From the NCBI GenBank assembly GCA_034780895.1, contig JAUZTB010000098.1:89426175-89490174 (forward strand): DNA of 64,000 bases, read 5' to 3'. This DNA comes from Rhynchobatus australiae. Lineage: Eukaryota. A program made the position numbers and the translations under genes. Below the pieces are notes generated by a model that was not told the origin of the DNA, did no database searches, and saw only the letters and a program-made list of their open reading frames with translations. Below are positions 1-13,040 of this stretch, piece by piece. Within the stretch, counting starts at the first letter, position 1, and every line of letters starts with the position of its first letter.

Positions 1-2959
1 CTTAGTGGATAATCTGGAGAAGGATTGTTGGTAAAATCTGTGCAGTAACTCTTGTAGTAGACGGATTCATTTGGAAACTCACTCTCTCTATCCAAACAAT
101 ATTCAAGGGCTTAAAACTCTGGAAATGCCATCTTTCAAGTAAAAGATGAGTAAATAAGGGATCTTCACAGAATTTGCCTGCAGAAGAAAGTTTAGAAAGA
201 CTTTAAAAGCATCTGCACATGAATAGTTTGGTGGATCACATGGATAGTACATTATTTTACTGACAAAAGGTATGTAGGACATATACCTCTCAAGAATGAT
301 TTGATTATGCTATTGGAGGTAGATAATAAGAGGAGAGGGACTGGGGAAGAAGCTTTGGATGAACTATCCTGAATGACTATTTTTGGTATTAGTTCAAATG
401 TGGCTGAAAAAGAGGTCCTAGAGCAATGTTGCTTGTCTCCCACCACCACCCCACCCCAGTACACCCTGCCCTGAAGTAACTTAAAAGCTGCCATTTTGTA
501 AGTATTAGCTGTCATCCAGTACATTATCCAAATAGTTTTCATTAATACGAAAACAAGTTCCAATGAAATGCTTGACAATTGGGCTGCTGAGATGCAGGCA
601 TGCAGTGGAGGCAGCTTATGGGAGTTAACTAATCATATCTGAATTTTATCCAGATATTCAAATACCCATGTTCACTCATTGGGATCGCAAACAGTGAATG
701 AAGAAGGAAATCTTGGAATTATTTCTCTTCTACCCACACCAGGACACCAAGTTCTCCGCAAGCTGCCTTCATTGAGATCAGCGAAGGGCACAAACCAAGA
801 AAAAAATGGCAACAGTGGAGGATTAAAGGCAATTATTTACATACTTACAAAGCACATTCTGCAAAATATTACTTAACATTCATTTGTTATGGTACGTAGC
901 TTCTTGTCATCGTAGCCTTGCAATGATGATAGTTTAAAGACAAGTAAATGAAGCCCTATTTTCAAGCCCTATTCTCCATGTACAATATTTAATCCAGTAA
1001 CCAGTGTTAGATTATGTACAGTTTACACTGCATAATTGTGTCTTTTCAAAGCATAGGAGCTGAATTTCTAGAGTTACTATGTGATGACAGCCATAAGTTG
1101 CCATCATAGCATAGAATTGAGGTATGTACTGTTTGTGTAATAAGAGTTGCTCTGTGGTTCTACAGAGACCTTCAGTCTGGAAACACAATATAATTTTATA
1201 AGTATTAGATACATGCAACTGTGCCTCCAAAATAAGAAAAAAATAACTGGTGTAAGCTTGCTAAATATTTTAAAGAAAATAGTTCACATTCTGCCATGAA
1301 TAATAGTAGCTTTTGAAACTTTTTAAACTGCAAACACTGAGGTTAAAAGAATATAAAAAAACTATATAGTACATGGCCATATAGATGTTTTAGAGTGCAA
1401 AATGACCAAATGAGCTTTATCTTTTCTTAAACAATGCAGCTTTACTCTTTCTTAAACAGTGCCGAAGAACTTCTTGGGGTTGGGGTAGGGATGGGGGTGA
1501 TGAGAAATCTGCAATATCTTTTAACTGGTCAACCCAGCCTGGTCAAGAAATGTAATACTCTTTTGTTAAAGTGATCTACTGTGCCATGGTAACGATTAGT
1601 TCATAGGGGCCAGTGTTTTGAGTTTAGGTACTTTCTCAACACACAGGCACAGTAAAATTAAAAAAAAACTGTCTTCACTATAAACCAGGACACGTTTAAA
1701 ACGTTTATAAATGTATAAATGCACAAGGAAAAGCTGCTTTTACAATTAGCCTGCCATAGGAATATGCAAATAATTACATTGAATGCAATTCTCCTGATTT
1801 CTTGCCCTGGGTATAAAGTTAAAAAACATAATGAAACATGAAGGATATTCACTTTCTTTCTTTATCAATTTTAATATCAGAGACTAATTTTTTTGAATGC
1901 TAATGATTCGAATATGCATGCTCATCACACAGCTGCAGTTCTTGTCCCATATCACACAGATAAAACCATGCAGTTTCACTATAGCTCTAAACCTGATCTC
2001 TGTCTGTGCTGCCAGTTCACCTCCAGCTGCTTGTAGAGTGTTTCACACTAAGCCTCTTGTTCATATCAGTCCTGCAATTAAGCCCAGGCCAAAGAGAGAA
2101 GTCCCAAAGAGGGTGGCAAAAGTGCATGGCTGTGAAATGAATTTCAGACCCTTTTCTTCAGTAGCCATTTCAGGACATCTCAGAAAGATGAATCACTTTT
2201 CCAAATGAGGTACCCCAAAGGTTTTCTTGACTGAAGTAATTGCCATTGTTAGAAATGAGATCCCATGACTGGCATACAAACTCTTTGTTATTGCATAACA
2301 AAATAGGTGACTGAATAAATTAAACAAAATCAGTGAGACAGATCATTACAGATAAAAAAACGTTGTAAATCTATTAGAAACCTGATCAGCTGACTACAGC
2401 CTTTTATTAGAAACATTCTAACTGCACGTGTGAATTTAAAGCACTGAACTCTTTTTCAAATGCTTAAAAAAAGAAATGCCTTGATATTTATAGTAACAAG
2501 ATATTCTTTCTAGACACCCAATACTGAGGGCATTTGTTGTAACAAGTACTGCTTAGTACTTACTCTGAAATATTATGTACGATTAATAACTGCTATTTAC
2601 AATGACATCTTTTAAAGAGACTAATCATATTGCTCCTTAGTTGTACCACAGTTTATTTGGAGCTGATTACATCTCTTGGCAATACGGCACTAATGTTTTG
2701 TTTATATATAAAAATCACTCCTTCCACTGGGCTTTTTTAAAATCTGCACAATTACAGTGGGTTGAATTTCTCAACAACGAATGATGCCAAGGTATATAGG
2801 ACAGTTCATAAACATGATACTTTAGCACATGGACCNNNNNNNNNNGCAAAGTTGATCCTGGAGAGAATACAGTTCAGATTATTGAGGAATTCACACGAAT
2901 TATTTATTTCATTAACAAATGAAATCTCCATCGAGTAACAGACTCCAACTGCAGCTAAC

Positions 2960-3275
2960 AAAAGATGATAAAGATCATATTAGATAAAGCAAGAGGCTTA
3001 TAATATTGCTATAAGAGTAGCTGAGCTGAAATTAGGGCAATTCTGGAAATTGGCAAAGGAACAATGAACTGAAAGTGAGAAAGTAATTTGAATAAAAAAG
3101 GGCTAAAACTATATTGTGAAACCTTTTGTTGGTAGGAAAAGAAAGTTAACATAGATCCCCAAGAGACAGAGTCAGAGACAGAAGAAATTACAGTGCAGAA
3201 GAAGAAACTGGAATTTTGGTTCTTGGTATCTGTCTTTAGAGTAAAATACTAGGAAAAATAGAGTATAAAGGAACA
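2960..3275 (+). mobile_element. Old CR1 LINE ORF2 relic (left part)
   Basis: Degenerate similarity to the CR1 inter-domain region (agagacagaagaaattacagtg...tatctgtcttt); appears to continue at 5046. Confidence 0.45.
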
Positions 3276-3279
3276 CAAT

Positions 3280-3780
3280 ATGGTGGAATAATACAGTGGT
3301 CTGCACTAACAATCGAGAGACACAGATGTAACGGCCACGATAGCTGCTGGGGATTTAAATTCACATGATTTAATAAGCTGTTATTTTTAAACAGCTAGTT
3401 TTGGTAAAGCTAATCACGAAACCAACAAATTATTGTAAAAATGACTTTGATTCACAATTTTCTTGCTGGAATGAAAGAAATCTGCCGTTCTTACCTGGTC
3501 CAGATTACGTGTGCCACTAGACCCACACCAATATGGTTGATTTTTTAACTGCCATCTGAAGTGGCCTTGCAAGCCATTCAGCTGTCAAAACCAAAACAGT
3601 TGGGACATAATAAAAATAGAACTGGACTGACCATCTGGCATCTGCTGAGGCACCAGGTATAAGTAAGGCAAAGTCACACCAATCCAGTTGACCTTGCAAA
3701 ATCCTCCTCATAAATATTTGGGGAACGTGTCTAAATTGGGAGAAATATCCAATGGACTTGCTCATGGCAGACTCAGCTGG
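3280..3780 (+). mobile_element. CR1/L2-group LINE 5' region (UTR plus start of endonuclease)
   Basis: gaaatctgccgttcttacctggtcc...agacccacaccaatatggttga...tctgaagtggccttgcaagccattcag followed by frameshifted ILLINIWG/VSKLGE, resembling an APE N-terminus. A similar head occurs near 41270-41390. Confidence 0.55.
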
Positions 3781-3929
3781 CACAATGGTGGCAGCCCACT
3801 ATATCAAGAAACCTTAATAAAACTGAATTCAGTAGGGATCAAGTGGAAAGCACGCCAATGTTTGGATTCATACCAGCAAGGAAGGGAGATGGTAATTATT
3901 GTTTGAGATCAATCATCTGAAGTCCAGGT

Positions 3930-4360
3930 TTGAAATAAAATGAAATAATCAGCTGATTGGGCAATATCTGTGGAAGGTGTCTGGGACCCTTCATCATAAC
4001 TAGGAAAGAGAGAATAAAGCAAGTTAGCTTTAGGTAGCAGAGAAGGTGGGAGAGGGATGGGTGGAACCGAGGGACCATCTCTGATAGGGTGAGACATGTT
4101 AGTTAGGGCAGAGGTCAATTTAAGCTTCTTTGTGTAATGTGTTGCCTCTGGTAAGACTGTGAGCCATATGCAGCAAGCCAAAATGTACAAAAGAGAGAAA
4201 AAGAAGAGAAAAAAACTGAGCAAAAATGATGACAGACAGAATTAATCAGTTCTGACACAAATAGAAAGAAAGAGTCAGTTATCTAAAGCTGGAGAATTAG
4301 GTACTGAGTCTTGCAAGGTACAATGTGCCCAGATGGAAGCTTGCGTTCCTCAAGAAACTG
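3930..4360 (-). mobile_element. Penelope-like element 3' fragment
   Basis: Minus strand near 4280-4355 reads FHLGTLYLARLST*FSSFR*, resembling the C-terminus of the Penelope GIY-YIG domain (FRLGTLQPxGLNIEF), followed by a pyrimidine-rich 3' region. Confidence 0.6.
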
Positions 4361-4379
4361 TTCTAAGCCTAACCACTTT

Positions 4380-5045
4380 CATCTATTCCATCACTGGCAT
4401 TTCATCACTTGGTCAGAAGTGAGGGTGTTCACTAATGATTGCACAGTGTTTAGTCCGATTCATTTCCAGTTCCACTAACAACAAAGCACAAGTCATCAGT
4501 CTGATAGAATATTCTTAAATTGCCTCAATGAATACAATTAAAATGTTCAAGCAGCTTGACACCATCCAGGTCAAAGCAGCCTGCTTGTTTGGCATTCCAT
4601 CCACCAGCCTAATCCTTCATTCCCTTTTCCATCGGTAGTCCTTTAAGTATTGCTGAGAAAAAGTAATGCAATTACTTGCCTAGCCAACTCCCACAGAACC
4701 TCCCAAATCTTTGACCTCTCCAGCAATGGATAAAGGCAGCAAGAAAGTGGGATCACCNNNNNNNNNNNNNNNNNNNNNNNNNNNNNNNNNNNNNNNNNNN
4801 NNNNNNNNNNNNNNNNNNNNNNNNNNNNNNNNNNNNNNNNNNNNNNNNNNNNNNNNNCCACCACAAGCATGTTCCATCACATATCATCATGACTTGGAAA
4901 TATACCATTGTTTCTTTAACATTGCAGGCTCTAAAATTGAATATCTTTATTAGCACTGAAAAGATAACGTCAAGGGCAAATGAGAATAGGCAGCAATTAC
5001 TGGCTTTACCAGAGAAGTCCACTTCCTGAAAAGGAATAAATGTTA
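4380..5045 (+). mobile_element. CR1/L2-group LINE 3' part (RT remnants and 3' UTR)
   Basis: SEVRVFTNDCTVF (decayed FADD motif) and FKQLDTIQVKAACLFGIP, then gacttggaaatata...tcaagggcaa...gaataaa terminus; interrupted by a 100-N gap. Confidence 0.65.
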
Positions 5046-5200
5046 ACAAAATCTCATGAGCCTGAGGAGTTTTACATTAATAATAATAATTACATAGTTC
5101 TGGAGAAATTAATGTGACTGAAAGCTGAGAAACTCCCTCGAATTTATTGCTTACATCCTGGGGGTTTTAGTAGAAGTACTTACAGAGACAATAAGTGCAG
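5046..5200 (+). mobile_element. Old CR1 LINE ORF2 relic (right part)
   Basis: gttctggagaaattaatgtgactgaaagctgagaaactccct...ttacatcctggggg resembles the CR1 VLEKLMGLKADKSPGPDGLHPRVL segment. Confidence 0.6.
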
Positions 5201-7689
5201 ATATTTAGGCCATTGGGCCATGCTGTGAAGCACTTAAGCAATCACCAGGGCAATTAGTGTGAGCTGGTCACTGAAGTTATGATAATGACCAATAATTTCG
5301 TGAACATCCTCCACCAGCTTGAAGGACCTGGTTTTAAATGAGCATGGCAATTCTACTACATGCTTTCCAGTGCTACCATATTTAGAAACACAGTGGCAAG
5401 AAATTTTTGGATCATGCTGTGCTTTGCCATGTGTTTTTTTTGTATGCTATGCAATTCAATTCTGCTGAAAAATCAAAGATAAAATAAAATCAGGACTTGT
5501 TGCGACTTGTATAAGTGTGGAATATCCCTTCCAAACTGCGTGTCTGATGGCCTAATATATGGAAGCTGGAGATGAGCAGTGGTATGTGACGCACACATGG
5601 ACACCACTTCCAGACTATTCATCCATGCATACAATACCCACTCCATCAGTGGGCGACTGCAGGCACAGGACTTCATAGTGCTTATGAGGCCTGCTTCAGT
5701 GATAGTTAAAGGGGGAGGATCATCTGCACTAGAGCCAGGCCATGGAATTAGGCAGTCTAGAGCCTGCCTCAGGAAGGTCTCCTTCCAGTGATGTTATTGT
5801 CCAGCTCTGATTGTCATCGCAGCATACGGTTGATGTGACAGCCTTAACCAGCTCTCCCGGAGCAACATACACTTCCCCATATCAGTGCCCACCCACCCTT
5901 AACACATGACCCCATGCAAACCCTCCTGACCACCAATCTGTCAACCCAATCTACACCGCTTACAAACCGATCCTAAGATGCCGCTCCACAACTTCACCCT
6001 GCTGCCCTGAACTCTCTATCAACTTCTGCCACATCCACCCCTCAGATCCTGGCCCACCTTCCAACTTTACCGATTCCTGATCTTCCTACCACCACAAGAT
6101 GTCTCCTCCCTCTGAAACCAATCCCCTACAATTTCACCAGATCAGCCCAACACCTCCCTTAAAGATGAAGGGGATGGTGCCAGGCCTGTTCCAGAACTGT
6201 TTCGGGTGATACTGCATATTGCAGCGGTGAATACTGATTAAAATGTTCATTGGCTTACAGTACAACAATAGTTTAATGCAACTAATTGAGATTAAAGCAT
6301 ATAATTGAGCCAAAAATAGTATTTCAGTCCATGTAAAGCTAATATCAGCATGATTAAACATGTAACAGCCTAACCTCAAGAGAATCTGGTGATTAAATTA
6401 ATCTAACCCTGCACAGATCAGTGATAAAGCTACATTTGGATTATCAAGTGTAGTCACGGTATTATAGAGCAAATATAGAACTATGTATAAACCTTCCAAA
6501 TCCTATTTCTCCCCTTCACTATTGATTTACTGGGGTAGGTTTAAGGTCAGTCTCCCAAATAAAATGTTGAGTTTGTGCATTAAACTTGTGTATTTTGATT
6601 AATTCTAAAAAGTTACATTTAAAAACATGCAAATGAACTAATTATATTTTGTTTTTAAAAGGTATACTTCAGTTTATCCATTTTTAATAAACTAATCAGA
6701 TGATTGCTACCCCAAAAACTAAATGATTGGTTACATTCCTCTTTCAGCATGCACTTTCCCCAAATGGATTCTCTTCTGTCTGTTCCCTGAACACTTCACA
6801 GAGACCTCTACAAACCACTGCCAGTTTCAGACATCGATGATTCATTCTAAGGGTGGACTCACTGCACTGAAGGCTGGATCACCACCAAGCATCAAGTATT
6901 AGCTGTCGCTGAGACTGGTATGGCGAATATTATCCAGAACTGATCGTCAGGATTTTTCAGCCAGGTCCTTAAAAGGAAGCAAATCCACTGAAGTATCAAA
7001 AGCACACAGTTTTATGACAATAAGGTATAAAAAGTACACCAAATAGCATACAATAAGAATGCTTGATACCAGGCACCACTGTCTACAGATATATATTGAA
7101 AACATGTCTGTATGATATGAGAAACACAACTCAATCTAGGCTCTAGTTTTTACTAGCACTGTTCTCTAAAACTTTGCAAGGCTAAATTGAATTCAGTGTC
7201 TTCTCAGATAAGCAAAACTCCATGTTCTCCTTGCTTATTTACTTCAAACCTATTGAAGGTCATACAAATATAACATAAATGATTTCTAAATTTGCTTATT
7301 CAATTTTTACAACAGATGAGATAATCGGCTTTTATATAACTGACAGCAAGTTATCCAATGAATAGCCATACAGGATTAAGATGAGTCAGTGAAGTAAACT
7401 CATCATGTACCACAGCTTGCTCAACATGTTGTAACAGTCACTCACTAACGCATAAGAAAGGGTAGAGAAAACAAGACTGATTCCAGCACCAGGGTGTGAA
7501 CTTAAAAGTGTTAACAGGGTTGATTTACTTTTTAAACCTGACAGGGAAAATCAATATATAATGCAATTTCGTATTTTAACATGGACAACTTTAGATGTAT
7601 TCAGCTTACTTAACTTAGAATGTAACAAAGCTCATATACATGAATTCACAATGATCAAATCACAAGGAAACAAAAGAAAAGATAGATGA

Positions 7690-7870
7690 CAGACTTATTA
7701 TTAGACAGCACCATATCAGATTTCTGAAAAATATCTCATAGCATTTCACAAAGCACATTTTGAAATGCAGTTACTGTCATGGAGATAATACATATTTCTT
7801 CAAACACAGATGAGCAGATTATTTTGCCCTTTCACATATTAATGTATATGTTGAACAGATGCCAAGCGAA
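7690..7870 (-). mobile_element. DeuSINE-like SINE 3' fragment (highly decayed)
   Basis: Reverse complement resembles the L2-type tail and part of the Deu domain (ttttgaaatgcagttactgt...cagattattttg). Confidence 0.35.
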
Positions 7871-8164
7871 AATGGTCAGGATGGTGTCAATTAGCCATGC
7901 CAGAAAAGGAATTGGATAAATATTTGATCCGAAAGAAATTGAAGGTTATAGGATAGGCATAGAAAGACAAATATTTGCTTCCATCATGTAACTAAATTGT
8001 CTCAAAGTTGCCAAGAGAAAGAATTAATGTAGCGAGTGCTGTATCTTAGGCATATGTACAAAAATAACTAATGTTTCCGATGGTGCTGGAGTGAACGGGA
8101 GAAAGAGGAGCAGGAGAGGTCAGACAGTGGCAAATTCAGTATTAGAACATCCTCCATGAACGAA

Positions 8165-8338
8165 AATAAAAAAATACTTGATGTTGAAAATCTGAAATAA
8201 AAACAGAAAATGCTCGAAGCACTCAGCAGTCAGGCAGCATTTGTGGAAAGAGAAGTAGAGTTAATGTTTCACATTGAAGACTTTAATATGAAACTATGAC
8301 AGTGGTTCTCTTTTGCACAGATGCTGCCTGACCTGCTA
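8165..8338. mobile_element. Penelope-derived short repeat, inverted pair
   Basis: aatctgaaataaaaacagaaaatgct...actcagcagtcaggcagcatttgtgg followed by its reverse complement cacagatgctgcctgacctgct. Confidence 0.75.
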
Positions 8339-8472
8339 TATAGAACAGTACAGCATAAGAACAGGTCCTTTGGCCCACAATGACTGTGCCAACCATGATA
8401 CCAATCTCAACCAGTCCCATATGCCTATACAAAGTCCACATCCCTCTATTCCCTGCCTGTTCATGTGTCTAT
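8339..8472 (-). mobile_element. HER_LINE/CR1 (or HE1 SINE) 3' end
   Basis: atagaacagtacagcataagaacaggtcctttggcccacaatg is the reverse complement of the elasmobranch CR1 terminus; it interrupts the preceding repeat. Confidence 0.8.
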
Positions 8473-9339
8473 ACTTTCTATTAATTTCATATTTTTATTT
8501 TTTCTGAATTCATGGGACAAGATCACTTCTCTACCTTAAAAAAAAGGAATATACATTGCATGGAGGTAGGAAGAGTAGGGCCTACTGTATATAGCTAATT
8601 ACTAGTTCTCTAAATTGCAACTTCAAAGATCAATAGACCTTAGGCTTTGAAGTTCATATTTCATTTGCAAAACATATGCACTCAAAGGAGAAATATTGCA
8701 AGGACACTTCTTAACAAGATTCAACATACAAAATGGAGCAGAGAAGAAACTAACAGTCTGCCTCAAATCCAATCTGTGAACATGTTGGATAAGTTTCATG
8801 GGTCATTTTCTCCCTTAGTTAAACTGGCCACAATGGTGCCACTCGAATACTTTCATAAAACATTATTCTAACATTTTCAACAAAAACAGTATATTGCTGG
8901 GAAAACTCAGCAGCTCAACCTAATCTGTGGGGAGAGCTATATCTCAGATTGATGACTATTCACTCTACGACATTGTATCTTATAAGCTCCCACACTTTCT
9001 AAAGCTTTAAGAGTGAAATAAGGTAATGAGCAACTGGTCCTCCCTTATTAATTTTAAGTAAACTGGAGGTCATTGTAATCTGGAACATTTAGAAAAAAAA
9101 GTTACCTAATAACAATGTACAATTGTAATTCTGCACAATTTGGTCACCAGAAAATACAACAAAACTTGAGTATGTTTTTATTATTTTGTTTGAAAATTCT
9201 ATGTTCTTCTGATTTTAAAAAGCCAATTATTACAATAATCATTATAATATTTGTCTAGCAGTGTCTTTCATTTTATTTCAGGAATAGAGAGTTTTAACAC
9301 ATCGTGAATGATGACTTGGAAACTACTTAGCTAAAAGCA

Positions 9340-10230
9340 AAATATAGACTTTAACACCAGGGGCATGATCAAGAGATTTGCAAGGGATGCAAAAATTAGG
9401 CAGGTGGTTGACAGTGAGGAGGAAAGCTTTAGAACACAAGAAGATAAAGGTTAGTTGGGCAGGGAAGTGGCAAATAGAAGTCAATCTAGGGAAGTGCAAG
9501 ATAATGTATTCAGGGAGATGCAACAAAGCAAGAGAATGGACAATAATGAGGGGATATTATGATGTGTGTAGTAATGGGGAGATCTTAGAGTCCATGTCCA
9601 CAAATCCTCAAAGATTGCAGGACAGGTCAAGAGGGTGGTTGAAGAAGGTATGTGGGTTGCTTTCCTTTATTTGGTAAAACTGTTTCCAACACCTGTCATG
9701 CCAGGACTTGTCTCTTCACAGTTCTGGTCACGACATTATGGGAAAGACATGCCTGCAATGGAGAGGATATTATGTATGAGGATGTAGCCAGGAATAGAAA
9801 ATGTTCACCATGTGGAAATATTGGAAGGGCTAGGGCTATTTTCTTTGGAACAGAGGATGTTGAAGGGTAGACATAATTGAGGAGCATGAAATTGTAAGGG
9901 GCCTGGATAAGAATAATGGGAGGAACAAAGGAGACTAAAAGCTCAGAGCATAAATTTAAAGTCTTAGGCTGAAGGATTAGAGAAGAAATGAGGAAAAACC
10001 TTTTCACCTAGAAGGTGGTAGAGATCTGGAGCTCTGCATGAAAGGGTGATAGAAGCAGAAATTGTCACAACATTTAAGAAATACTTAGATGTGTATTTGA
10101 GGAACCATGACCTGCAGGGCTGTGAGTCAAATTCTGGAAGATGGGATTAGGCTGGGAAACCTTTTTTAATTGGCACAGAAATGATAGGCTGCATGACCTC
10201 CTCTTGTGTTGTAAGTTTTGTATGATTTCT
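9340..10230 (+). mobile_element. CR1 LINE, 5'-truncated (RT C-terminus to 3' end)
   Basis: ORF 9378-9677 contains VSWAGKWQIEVNLGKCKIMYSGR (CR1 WAxxWQMEFNxxKC motif); ends in cctcctcttgtgttgtaagttttgtatgatt tail. Confidence 0.85.
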
Positions 10231-10234
10231 ATAA

Positions 10235-10505
10235 AGATACTACAGACACTGGAAATCTGAAATAAATGTGGGAAAAATTGGAAATGGTCAACAGGTCAGG
10301 TTCCCTCAGTTCTGAGAAAGGGTCACTGACCCAAGATGTTGTTGGTTTCTCCTTCTACAGATGCTGCTTGACTAGCTGAGTTTTTCCAGCATTCTCTGTT
10401 TTTGTTTCAGATTCCAGCATCTGCAGTTTTATTTGTTTTCCAGGTTAGGCATCTTGTCTGGAGAGAGAATCAGAGTTAATGCTTCAATCCATCTGAACTA
10501 GAAAA
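10235..10505. mobile_element. Penelope-derived short repeat: plus-strand copy nested within a minus-strand copy
   Basis: ctggaaatctgaaataaa...caggtcagg | cagttctgagaaagggtcactgaccc...cagatgctgcttgactagctgag...cagattccagcatctgcag | caggttaggcatct...gagttaatg. Confidence 0.75.
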
Positions 10506-11710
10506 GAAATTTTTTAAAAAAGTTTTAATTTACAGAGAAAAGGGGGAGGCGCAGGAAATAAAGAAAAAGATGTTAGAGTGGAGACAAGAAATCTTGAAAA
10601 ATACTAGTAGTAAAAGTGCCAGGCTGAAAAGAGTGACAAAGGCCATAATTTGCTATTGGAATAATGGTGAGGTTATTGGTGTCTGTCTTTTTTTATAGTC
10701 AAATGCCACACTAAATTCAAAGTAGGGCAATGTGAGATTAAGCTCAGAAATCTAAAAGATGCCATTTGAATTGTGCCACTCTTCCACTAACTTTGCTTAC
10801 AATTGAAATACTTTCAATAGTGTGAAGATGCTGTATTTTCATGGTAGTCAGAAGCAAAATGAATGTACCATCTCATTTAAATTGACTTCAACCGACCTGA
10901 AACAATCTTGACCCTGACACCCCAGTCATTGACTCAACCCAAATCTCAAGATTACAGTTTGCAAGCACCACCCCCAAGCCACTCTCCATTACCCGCCATT
11001 CCATGATGTTCAACAACCCATGATGACTTGGCTTTCTCCACTACCAAGCTGGTTTTATGCACGTTTCCCAATATGGAGGTATTTCTATATTTATCCTTTG
11101 GAACCAAATCTACCGAATGAATACATGATCTGCCATGGTTATTCTGCCAGTTATTCTCCTTTGTCATGTATAAAACCTCATAAATGGTTTGCAGTACTAT
11201 TTTGATAGAGCTTTGATTGATCCTGTTTACAAAGTTTCATAACTATTTGTACTACATGACAGCTATGCTCAAAATCACTTCAACTATTAGTAAAGTATAA
11301 TTTTGCATGAATATCCTTTGCTATGATAATCTGCTCATCTCATTCATTGTTAATACAAACTGCTATTACACCTCTGTGAAAGAACCTTTAAAATTGCAAA
11401 TGCAAGCTCTGGAAGTGGTCCATCCATAATTGTAATTCCTTTCACAGTAATACAAATCACAACCTTTGGTTACTGTGTCCATCTCTGACCGTCAATATTT
11501 TTTTAAAATTTAAGTAGGCTGTGTGTAGTGTGAAAAAGCACTTCACAATTTATTCTTGTGTAAAAATCTACAAATGTTCCCTACTGATTTTCAAAAAAAA
11601 TATACAAGTATGTTGCTGAACATTCAGTATTATCAATAAACATTACAAATACAATAGAGGCATTTAAGAGGCTCTTAACATGAATATGCAGAGAACGGAG
11701 GGATATGGAC

Positions 11711-12120
11711 AGGATCCAAAGAGGCTGCAGAGGGTTGTAGACTCAGCCAGCTCCATCACAGGCATAACCCTCCCCACTGTCGTGGACATCTTCAAGAGGC
11801 AGTGCCTCAAGAAGGCCACATCCATCATTAAGGACCTTCACCACCCAAGACATGCTCTCTTCACGTTACTACCATTGTGGAGGTGGTACAGGAACCTGAA
11901 GACCCAAACTCAACATTTCAGAAACAGCTCTTCCCCTCTGCCATCAGATTTCTGAACAGTCCATGAACCCATGAATGCTACCTCATTATCCTTCTTTTGC
12001 ACTACTTATTTATTTTTGTAACTTGTAGTAATTTTTATGCCTTTACGTCTTGCACTGTACTGCTGCTGCAAAACAACAAGTTTCATGACATATGCCAGTG
12101 CTAATAAACATGATTATGAT
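11711..12120 (+). mobile_element. Rex1/Babar LINE 3' fragment
   Basis: ORF 11680-11955: KRLQRVVDSASSITGITLP...CLKKATSIIKDLHHPRHALFTLLP; tail gcaaaacaacaagtttcatgaca...aataaacatgattatgat. Confidence 0.88.
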
Positions 12121-12904
12121 GGTGCTCAAGAAAACAAGGCAAATTGTAACATCAGTCTTGTCAGTATAAAAGGGAATCTTCAACATATTTTTTAGTCTTA
12201 TGGCATAATTTGAGCATGCAAGCTGAACATTTATTATTTAAACCATTGTACATGTGGCAACAAATAGATTTATTAAAGAAAATCTTTAACTACTAAACAT
12301 TAACTTTGCAAAGTGCATGTTGTACACTTAATTATATTAAGCAAAAGCTTTCAAAATTGAACTACTGGCTTTCCTGTCAGTAGTACTAGTTTCCTTTTAC
12401 AATTGTTGACTTTTAATAGTACATCTAATTACTGCAAAGTCTTCTGACATAAATAAAGCACATTCCTCATGCAATGTTTAAAGACAGTCCAGTCTGAACA
12501 TGAATGCCACATTTATATTCCATCTTTACAGTTGTTATATCCTAAATCTGAAAGACAAACAAATCACAAATGGAGTGTTCATGTGCAGGTAGGTAATTGC
12601 AAGTCAATGGTTCAGGTTTCAGGTGAGGGATTCCTGGTGCACTGAGTGCTTCTTTTCTAGAGATTTTTTCAGGCTTGGTACAACATGTACATGGACAGAA
12701 AATGGATTGTATCATCTAACCACATCATGTATCAGAATATATTTCCGCCACAGGTTTCAAAAGACAAACTAAAGAACACAAACAAGTTTTTACCCAGGCA
12801 GGCAAAAGCATATTTAGCTAATTGCTTTTTGCCAAATTATTATCCACCTTGATTGAAAGAAGAAAATACCATAAACAACTTCAAAGGAATGACATGAGAA
12901 TCAA

Positions 12905-13040
12905 AAAGAAAACTGCAGATGCAGGAAATCTAAAACGAACACGAAGATGAAGGATCTTCCACCTGAAATGTTGTCTCTGCTTTTCTGCCCCCACATTTAG
13001 ACTGACCTGCTGAGTATTTCTACCATTTTCTGTTTCAGAG
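12905..13040. mobile_element. Penelope-derived short repeat with inverted 5' piece
   Basis: aactgcagatgcaggaaatct (minus-sense tail) joined to gatgaagg...cctgaaatgtt...ctgacctgctgagtatttctaccattttctgttt (plus sense). Confidence 0.7.

Noticed and set aside
5860-6150. C-rich tract (and G-rich tracts at ~15980-16640 and 28580-28740)
   Set aside because: Strand-skewed low-complexity sequence, probably old repeat interiors; no family, periodicity or ORF could be supported.
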